A stretch of DNA of 64,000 nucleotides from Fonticula alba ATCC 38817 (taxonomy: Eukaryota > Protista > Nucleariida), in NCBI GenBank assembly GCA_000388065.2, contig KB932208.1, one strand, 5' to 3'. Shown piece after piece: positions 55,073 through 64,000 of the stretch (position 1 is its first letter; every line of letters starts with the position of its first letter). The notes below the pieces were generated by a model, which had not been told where the DNA came from, ran no database searches, and worked only from the letters and a program-made list of their open reading frames with translations. Position numbers and translations under genes: made by a program.

Positions 55073-57925
55073 ATGGCCACTCGCCGGCTCCTGCCCGTCG
55101 GCAGCGGACCGTCTGCCCTGGGACGGCTGTTGACCTGCTCATTGGGTCACTCTCGACCGACGGCACTGTTCTCCGGGTCTCCCCTTGTGCGGTCCTTCGC
55201 CACGGGTGCCGCTCCAATGGTCGATGCTGGTACGCCCCCTGACCCTGAGGCTTTCGCACTCGATCCCCACTCAGCCGGCCCTCTGACACATTGCCTTCGC
55301 ACTGGTGGATGTGTGCAGCGCCCGCCGCCGAGGCTGCCCTTCCAGGGTCAGCCGACGCCGCTTCTCCCCCGGTGGCCCGGGCAAAGAAGCCGGCCAAGCC
55401 CCCGAAGCCGGTTCCTGTCAAGATCACCCTGCGCGATGAGGACCTCCAGGAGCAGTTTGTTCGGGGCTTCGGCAACGGCGGCCAGAAGGTCAACAAGACG
55501 TCCAGCTGTGTGATTCTGTCGCACGCGCCGACCGGCATTGTCGTCAAGGTGTGTCCGCTGCCTTTTTCACGCTTGTGCATGCACTTCCCCCTGTGTGCTT
55601 ACCTCCTCCTCCCCCCCCCCCCCCCACACCGACCTCCCCTCCATTTCCCATGGAATGGCAACACAGTGCCAGAAGACCCGGTCCCGGGAGCAGAATCGCA
55701 AGGAGGCTCGGAAGATCCTGATCGGCCTTCTGGACCAGCGGATCAACGGAGACCTCTCCAAGCAGGCGCGCAAAATGGACAAGATTCGGCGGCGGAAGAG
55801 CCGCGCCGACCGCCGGTCCCGCGCCAAGTACGACACCGCCACCGCGGCCGCCGGAACGGCCGCCGGGCAGGCCGCCTCGGTCTCCGACGCCCGAGACCAT
55901 GACAGTGATGACGATGGCGGGGAGGAGGAGTACTCGGACACGGAGTTCGACTCCGACTTCGACTCCGACTCCGACTCCGCCTCGGGCCCTGACAGCGATG
56001 CTGAACGGGCGGATGGCAGGTCATCCGGGCCGATGATCCGGACCCCCGGCGCGGCATTTGCCCCTTCCGCTCCTGTGTTGTTTTCGCACCCGCCGCCGGA
56101 CCGGCAGGACTCGGCCATCACCTCGGGTCTGGCCCAGAGCCCAAGCGAGCAAGCCGATGCCTCGGACTCCGAGGTGCCCTGGGATGCGCACATTCCCTGG
56201 GACGCGCACCTTTACTGGGATGCCAATGTCGAGACCCTCGCGGGCTCTCCTCCTGGGCCGACACCATCCGCGGCCGACCAGACACCGGTGCCTGTGGAGG
56301 GGTCTGGCAAACCGCTCGACATGGTGCCGGAGATGCTGCACTCCATTTTGGGCGAGGCGGCCAGCCGGGATATCCCCGAGCAGGACTTCAACCTGGCGGA
56401 CTTCCTGTCCGAGGAGGACCGCTTGCAGCTGGCCCAGCTGCAGGCGCGCGAGGACCAGGACAAGAAGGCCATCCAAGAGTTGTCATCTTTGTCTGACAGT
56501 CCGGAGGCCCTCCTCCAGGAAGCCATGCTCCAGGTAAGCCAGATATATGCCTCGCAGCTGGCTGCTGCCCACAGCTTGGTCGAGGTTCTGCGTGAGGCTC
56601 TGGCCCCCCTGGACACAGGCATTGCCCCAACCCCGGCGGCCGAGGATGTCGAGGCGCCCATCTCGCTGGATCTGCTGATGGAAATCCTTGCCCTGGTGGA
56701 GCTGATGGACTCGCCTGCCCGGGCGGCGGAGCTGCATTTGGCGAACCAGCGCGGGCGACGGACCTCTTCCTTGCCGAATATCGAGCTCCCCCGGGACCTG
56801 TCTCCGGAGGAGCAGGAGTTGGTGGTGCTCCTGCCGGTCATCCATGACACGCTGGTGGAGCGGGTCGCCGAGAGGCTGGATGCCGGTGCCGGGAGGAACT
56901 ACTCCGGCGAGGAGCTTCGACAGCTCTCGGAAAGCTTGGACTGGGAGCGAGGCGAGCGGGCCCGGCGTCTTGAAGCCCAGCGCCAGAAGGAGCAGGCCGC
57001 CCTGCAGGAGAAGGAGCGCCGGGCAAAGGAGGCCTCCGAACGGTCGCGCAGAGGGCCGCCTGTCCGTGGCGCCAGGCGTCTGGACCGGAATCAGCACACG
57101 GCTCTGGAGGCTGCGAAGCCGGGCCCCAGCCCCCATGGCGTCTCACCGGAGGTGCTGGACATCCTGTCGGGTGCAATGCGCGGCGGCGCCGGTGGTCGAA
57201 TGGGCAACTGGCCCGGGCTGCCTCCTGGCATGACGGCGGTCATGCCCCCGCCCGCTCCTCAGATGCCGCCGTCCAGTCCCTTGACCGGCCCTCCGCGGTC
57301 GGCCTCCAACCGGCAAATGGTCGACAATTTGCTGCAGCAGGCGCGAACCCTGCACCAGGTTGGGAAGGGCGGCCAGCGTGGCGGCGCCAGCGGCGGCATG
57401 CGTGGCGGCGGCGGCGGACGCGGTGGCGGGGCGCGCGGCGGCGGTGGCGGCCGGCGCTACTACAGCACATCTGCCAGCGCACCCCCCCCTTCGGAGGGAT
57501 ATGTGCTCCGTCTTCTGGGGACGCCAACCTGCCAGTTGTGTGACCTATCGGCCGAGGCGCTGGTCGCTGCGGCGCACCGGGTTTTCCCTCGTCCGGCTGA
57601 CGCGCCGCCGGCTCGCTTCGGCTGGGAGTACCGGTGGCCGGAGCACGCCCCGGTGCATCTGGAGCGGGTGGACCTGACGGCGGAGCACTTCCGCGGGACT
57701 CCCCTCCAGCGGCGGCTCATCCTCCATGTGCCGGTGTTGCTTTTGGCCGACGCCAAGGCCGACTCGGATGCCTGGACGCCGGCCTGTCGGCTGTTCCCGG
57801 ACGCCCTGGCTCACGATCTCGGCCTAGAGGTGTCCCGCCATCGGGTATCCGAGGAAGTGGCGCGCACGCTTCTTGAGACCTTGGCTGCTGGGGGCTCCAG
57901 CGACCCGGATGCCGAGGTGGACTAG
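55073..57925 (+). CDS. MTRFR: Mitochondrial GGQ peptidyl-tRNA hydrolase MTRFR/C12orf65-like, fused through a long linker to a C-terminal glutaredoxin-like DUF836 domain (3 exons)
   Basis: Presequence ending VRSF|A. RF-1 region LRDEDLQEQFVRGFGNGGQKVNKTSSCVILSH..CQKTRSREQNRKEARKIL, with GGQ at 55477-55485. The last exon (55667-57925) is one open frame ending in LRLLGTPTCQLCD..VPVL..HRVSEE. Confidence 0.88.
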
Positions 57926-58371
57926 CTGCAGGGCTGTCGATTTGTGGCGTGCCGTTAGCTGGTAGGCCAGAGCGGAGAAGGGGTGGGACCCCCCCCCCGC
58001 CCTGTGCCAACATCCAGGCCTCTCCCCCCCCCCCCCCCCCCTGTCGCACTTGATGACCATAGAATAGAGTGGAGTGGGCTGCATGAGTCAAAAGAAGCAC
58101 ATGCGGCTTGAGAGGCCGGTGGCTGGGGAATTGTCTAAGTGTAGTAGCGCGCGTGCATGGCGCCAGGAATGTGTACAGAGGAGGGTGCGGCCGGGTGGGC
58201 GGGCGGGAGGAGGACGTGGAGCCCGCCTCCCTCGGGGTGGCAAAGCAGCGCAAGGGGAGGAGAGGGAGAGGGGATATGCGCATGGGGGCAGCGCAGGGAG
58301 ATCCCTCGCCAGCAGCAGACCGTGGCATCGTGAAAAGGGCGACCGGACAGGAAGAGGCACTTTGGGAGCCC

Positions 58372-58973
58372 CTAGAAACGAGCGTTGTTACGGTCAATGT
58401 AGTTGATGAGCTCCTTGACAGTCATGGAGGTGGGGTTGATCTTGGAGATCTGGTTGTCGGCTGCCATTTCGGGGAAAGGGTGGCACAGGGAGGACGAGGC
58501 GTTAGCGGATGGACGAGAGACGGCCTCAAGAGAACGCGGAGAGCGGAGAGCGGAGAGCGAGGGGGAGGCGGAGAAAGGCATAGCCGAGGGCACAAGAGGC
58601 CGGGAACGTACTCCAAACAACCTCGATCACCGGTTCAGACATGTCGCTCTTGACAACGGGCTTGACCTCGCAACGGCCGTTGGTGTTCCGGCACTTGTCA
58701 GTCATGACCTGAGACAGGAGAGCGCTGCGGTTGCGCGGCGTGGCAGCAGGGGCGGAGCGAAGGCGAGGAGGAGGGGGACAAATAGTCAGACAGGGAGGCC
58801 GATTGGAGCAAGGCTGTATGGCAGACGGGGAGGAGCATGGGGGAGGGGCTCCCTCGGGGAGGAGGTCACACTTACCGGGTGGATGTCGACTTGGGATGGA
58901 AAGGAGAAAAGGTGAAAGTGATCGACTTCATGTTGTTCAGGCGCAACAGGTACGAGGGCTTGATAATACCCAT
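58372..58973 (-). CDS. MRPL53: Mitochondrial ribosomal protein mL53 (yeast MrpL44-like), 3 exons
   Basis: The spliced product is MGIIKPSYLLRLNNMKSITFTFSPFHPKSTSTRALLSQV..EPVIEVVWTDNQISKINPTSMTVKELINYIDRNNARF*. It matches the mL53 pattern (FxPF..R..L..P.+.V.+.D....+.P..M...EL). Confidence 0.85.
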
Positions 58974-59620
58974 GATGGGAAGGGGGGAGGGCAGCCGAGC
59001 CTGAGCGAGCAGACAAAAGCAAACAAAGGTGGCGGGAGGGGAGAGGGGGAGAGGACTACTTTGCGGAGTGGAGAAGGTGCCCCATCTGGCAGCCGGCTGT
59101 TGAATTTGCTCGTCGACGTGGGTAGATCGACGCACACCAGAGGGCACCCAGGGGGGGGGGGAGGGAGGTGAAGCACAGGCATGTCGGCCCTCCGCGACGC
59201 GAGGGGCCAGGCCGGCGACGGAGGGCCGCGCACACGCCCGCAAGAGCGCCCAACTGCCGATGGATGTGGCCCTGGCTTTCCCTAAATATTGCACGTGATT
59301 TCCAACTACCAGCGCATAGCATTGGGTTGGGGTTTACGAAAGTGGGCGCGGTGCCGCAAAGAGAGGGGAGTCTATTGTACGGTGTATTGGGTTGGTAGGT
59401 GTGCCCCACAGGAGGTGGGTGCATCTCTCCCCTTCAGAGGGAGGGAGCTGGCTGCGCTCTGGCAGGGAGGAGGGGGGNNNNNNNNNNNNNNNNNNNNNNN
59501 NNNNNNNNNNNNNNNNNNNNNNNNNNNGGGGGGGGGGGGGGAGGAGAAGGCGAGCGCACGCGTGCGCGCACGCATACGCACCAAAGAAAGGGGAAGGGGC
59601 GTGCCGGTGTTTGGCGATTA

Positions 59621-61726
59621 TTAGTGGGCACCGCCGCCAGTCCACTCGATGGTCTTCAGGTCAATGCCCTCCTGGATCATGTCCCACAGGGGGCTCATCT
59701 CACGGAGCTTGGTGACGTTATCGATGGTCTTCTGCAGGCAGAACTCGATCTCGGCATCGGTGGTGAAGCGACCTGCATTCCGGGGGGCGGGGGATAAGCC
59801 GAGGTTAGTGGGGGGGAGAAGGGAGGAAAGCCCAGCGAGAGGGGGAAGGGGAAGCAGCACATGGAGGCGCGCTCCGTCCTCGGCCTCTCCCGCCGCCCGC
59901 GATGAGCGTATGTATATGCATGTGTGCGTGTGTGTGTGTGTGAAAAACACACGCAGGGAGGTGGGAAGAAGCATGTGCCCCGGGAACGCACCGATGCCGA
60001 AGCGGATGCTCGAGTGGGCCATATCCTCATCCTGGCCGAGGGCACGCAGGACATAGCTCGGCTCGAGGGAGGCGCTGGTGCAGGCCGACCCCGAAGAGAG
60101 GGCCATATCCTTGAGGGCCATCAGGAGGGACTCGCCCTCGACACAGGAGAAGGACACGTTCAGGCAGCCAGGCAGCCGGATGGGCGAGCCGGCCTCCTGG
60201 GGGCCATTGACAGCGATGTGGGTGAGACCCTCCTGCAGGCCGGCCAGCAGCCGGGCGGACAGCCGGGAAATGCGCTCATGGTCGTAGTCCATCTCGCGGG
60301 CGCAGACATCGGCCGCCGCGCCGAGGCCGACCACCAGCGAGGTGGGCACGGTGCCGCTACGCACACCGCGCTCCTGGCCACCACCGGACTGGAGGGCCTC
60401 AATGCGAACACGCGGGCGACGGCGGACATACAGAGCACCAACACCCTTCGGGCCGTAGATCTTGTGGCCACTGATGCTGAGTAGATCGATGTTCATCTTC
60501 TGCACGTCGATCGGGATCTTGCCGGCGGCCTGGGCGGCGTCGGTATGGAAAAAGACCTTGTTCTCGCGGCAAATCTGGCCGATCTCCGTCAGGGGCTGGA
60601 TGACACCAATCTCGTTGTTGACGGCCATGATGGACACGAGGCAGGTCTCCGGGCGGATGGCAGCGCGCAGGGCCTGGACATGGGCATCCACCGAGGAGAG
60701 GGGAGGGGAGGGGAGGGGAGGGGCGGAGGGGGCATGAGTACAAGGCTCGGAGTGAACACCAGAGGGAGGAATCGGCCGAGAGCGGCCGGGCGAGAGGCGA
60801 CCGGTGGCACGCACATCCAGGTCAATCAGGCCGTTGCTCTGCACCGGGAGGTAGGTCACCTCGAAGCCCTCCTGCTCGAGGACACGGCAGCTGTCCAGCA
60901 CACACTTGTGCTCGGTCTGGGTGGTGATGATGTGGTTCTTGCTCTTCTTGTAGAAGCGGGCCACACCCTTGATGGCGATGTTGTTGGACTCGGTGGCGCC
61001 GGAGGTGAAGACCACCTCCTTGGGGTCGGCGGCGCCGATCAGCGAGGCGACCTGCTCGCGCGCGGTCTCCACGGCCCCCTCACTGTCCCAGCCATAGGCG
61101 TGGGTGCTGGAGTGGGGGTTGCCATAGAAGTGCGACGTCATGTAGGGGAGCATGGCATCGAGGACGCGGGGGTCCTATGGATGGCGGCGGATGGGTGGAT
61201 GGATGGGTCGACGAACGGGTGAGGGAAAGCATGGAGAGGGCTGGGAAGGCAGCCGGGCCGACGAGGGGGGCACCGGGGGACATAGCAAGAGAAGGGGGCA
61301 GGGGGGGGGGAAGGGGGAGGAAAATGCTAACACACCATCGGCGTGGTAGCCTGGGCATCCAGGTACAGGGGGAGAGTGGTCATGTCGCTCTGCTCGCGCG
61401 AGGAGATGTCCTTGCGCACGGTGGGGATCCCATAGGTGCCAGCACCACCGCCGTAGTTCTGAGTGGCGAAGGAGCTCGCCCGGTCAGATGGCCGAGGGGC
61501 GGCCGAAACCCCAGTAGAGTCTGTCCCGGGAACAAGGGGCAGCGGGGAAGACGAAGGGCGGAGGGGGGGAGGGGGGAGGGGGAGGGCGGAGGGTGAGCTT
61601 TTGGATGCATGAAGAGGGAAGACACCGGTGGGCAGACGCACAGGCAGCGACGGCACGAGGGGTCGCCGAGCGGAGGGTAGCCTGCGCAACGATGCGCTGA
61701 GCAAGACGGCTGCCGCTCGCGCGCAT
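59621..61726 (-). CDS. NFS1: Mitochondrial cysteine desulfurase (5 exons)
   Basis: Motifs [46 protein letters not shown] (PLP lysine) and [17 protein letters not shown] (catalytic Cys). The presequence starts [11 protein letters not shown]. Confidence 0.98.
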
Positions 61727-61826
61727 GACGTGGGAAGAAATCATCTTTCAGGGGGAAGGAGGGGAGGGGCGATGCATGGCGAGAGGTGAGCACCTGGTGG
61801 GACACAAAAGGGTGGGGCATGGAGGC

Positions 61827-61862
61827 GGGGGGGGCGGGGGCGGGGGCGGGGGCGGGGGCGGG
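61827..61862 (+). repeat. (GGGGGC)n G-quadruplex-prone tract about 100 bp upstream of the NFS1 start
   Basis: Six G-runs separated by single C residues. Confidence 0.7.
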
Positions 61863-64000
61863 AGAGGCAAGACAGGAGGTGGGTACAGTTACGGGAGTGT
61901 CCGGGACAGGAGAAGGTGGAAAATGGGGGTGGGGTGGGTGGGGAGGGGGGGGAGGGGGGAGGCGACGACAGAAGACAGGGGGGACGGGGAAGGGAGATGT
62001 GGAGGCCCCCAAGGTCTGGGGAGGAGACTGGCGGGGGGGGCAAAAAGTCAGCCGGACGATCTTCCCTTCCCGGCTGCAGCGGCCGCGCCCTCGCCCCCCG
62101 CCCCGAGCGGCACACTAGTGGTCCGGCCAGGGTTAAAATGACACGTTGTGCACTGGCACACCGGCCTTGGCGCCGCCCCCCTCTCATCCCGGCGGCCGCG
62201 GGGGCGCGGATTTCCATGGCTGAGTGCGCGCGCCCATGGCGGGTGTGGAAATCACCTCAGAGTGATACGTTCTCGGACCCCCTCGCCGCCCCCCGGTCCC
62301 GCCCCCGCGTGCACCTGGCGAGCGGCCCGGCGGGACGGTGGGACTGGACCGCGCGCGAGCCCGGGCGACAAAGTGGGGGGTTGCCGGCGGGGGGGGGGGG
62401 GGGGCGGGCGGGCCAGCCCCGGTTATGCAGGAGGCACCCCTTGGCCGGCCAACAAACGGGGGCTTGGATGGTCCCCCTGTGCCTTGCTTGTCCGACGAGC
62501 GGCGGCCACCTTCCGGAGGGAGCCGGGGGCATCCACCCCATCAGTGGGCACCCCCACGGTGGGCGGGCTGAGGGCGGGGCGCGTGGATGACCCCTGTAAG
62601 TAAGCAGCGAGACAAGCCGGGGGGGCGGTCAACATGGCGAACGTCAGGATGGCGTGAACATCCGGGGCGTGATTCGTCGCGGTCAGCAGCCCCTCATGTG
62701 TTCTCCGTGGAATGGCGGCTATGTTGTTCAACATGCAGGCCGGCGATTTCGCGCCAGGGCGGGGGAGATCGGACACGGCGGCCTGTTCGCGGGAATAACG
62801 TCCGCGGCGGCGGCGGGAAGGGGGGCCGGGCGGCGGCGGCGGCGGGAACAGCGAGGGACAGCGAATTCTCACCATCATCATAGCCCCCTTACGCACAATG
62901 TGGGTCCCGGTTTTTTCGGGAAGCCGCGGGGGGGGGGGACAGGGGAACTCTGGCCGCGGAGGCTCGCAAGGCCCTGGCGGGTATTTGTCCCGGCCTGGCC
63001 CGGCCCGGCCCCCCCCCCCCCCCCCCCCGGCTTTCTGGTATGTGCGGGCCAGGATGCTTGGGGGAGTAAGGCGGCGCCGAAAGGGGGGGCAGACGAGGGG
63101 CGCCCGGGCCCGTGCGGGGGTGGAGGGGCGGGGGGGCGTCGACGAGGTTCGGCCTGCGCCTGTCTCCCCGGCCCGGGCGCCCCTTTGTCCCCTGTCGCCC
63201 CTTCCCCCCCCCCCCCCCTGCCCCCTCGCCTGCTCTGTGGGCGCTTTCCAACCGAGTGTGCATCGCCCGCTGGCTGGCCGACAAGGGCGAGTCCACTTGA
63301 CAAGCTTGGACCCACTGCTGCTCATCATGGGGGGGGGGGGGGGGGAACTGCGAGAGGGAATAATGCGCATTTATTATTTATTGCCCCTCCGTTCCCCGGG
63401 GGCGCCAACCCAACACGCCCCGACCCCCATCGCCGGGGCATATTGCCGCAGTGGCAGGGGCGCACCACGGTGGGTCAGCCCTCGGGTCTGCCTGTGGTGG
63501 TCCGTCTGCTGAGAGTGCTGACCCCCCCTCTCTCTCTCTCTCTCTCTCTCCCTGGGGCCGTCCCCCCTCCCGCGCGCCCCCCAAAAACACGACTCTGTGG
63601 CGGACCGGCCTGGCCGGCTGCCCCGACGGAGGCTCGTGTCTGACCCCCGCTCGGCCCCCCCCCCCCCCTAGGACGAGGGGGGCGGCACACCCTCGGGAGC
63701 CTCTGCACGACTGGCTGCTGCCATTTGGCGAACAGACGCACGACCGCGCCGGGGCGCGCCTGAACGAATGTCTCCAGGACAATTGTGTTTTCTCCACACA
63801 TGCCTGCTGGCGCTGGCACTTCGGGAGATCCCCGCCCCCGTCCCCGAGGGGAGGGCGGTGCGCAGACAAGGGCCGGACGGGCCCGGAGAAGTGGAACGAG
63901 GGGGGGGGGGGGGCGGGCTCGGGCCACCAGGCGACTGTGCCGTTTTGCCCTCCCGCCGGGCAATTGAATGAGTGGAGGGGCCTTGCAGGCCTGCCAGCCT

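Noticed and set aside
62100-64000. ORFs right of NFS1 (62423-63370, 62654-63643)
   Set aside because: No recognisable motif or splice-consistent model. This is probably promoter or intergenic sequence, or the 5' region of a gene beyond the window.

Overview
GC-rich, intron-rich eukaryotic nuclear DNA with many N gaps. It reads like a unicellular opisthokont; my best guess is a Fonticula alba-like nucleariid, which is inference and not verified. Most ORFs in the six-frame track are GC-driven shadow ORFs, so I rebuilt the genes by splicing GT..AG introns by hand and checking phase at the junctions. I find 16 protein-coding genes: UBC9 (5' part), MPC1, PTAR1, an Ulp2/SENP6-7 type SUMO protease, PPAN/SSF1, a CCDC186/GRIPAP1-like coiled coil, SDHAF4/SDH8, a HIG1/RCF1 protein, an alpha/beta hydrolase, a 3-domain mannose-6-phosphate receptor, a Set9/SUV4-20 methyltransferase, an AIM25-like scramblase, a large LRR protein, an MTRFR/C12orf65 fusion, mL53 and NFS1. 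There are also two identical tRNA-Phe(GAA) genes in inverted orientation. I see no CRISPR array, rRNA or recognisable transposon. The most notable candidates are: (1) an MTRFR-linker-glutaredoxin-like (DUF836) tandem precursor with an internal MPP-type site; (2) an H4K20 writer fused to ARID4-like PWWP and chromo-barrel readers; (3) a probable single-nucleotide exon in SDH8; (4) a 3-domain MPR that keeps the Q/R/E/Y sugar-binding signature; (5) inverted tRNA genes bracketing the SUMO protease gene. All family assignments come from motif recognition from memory; no database search was run.
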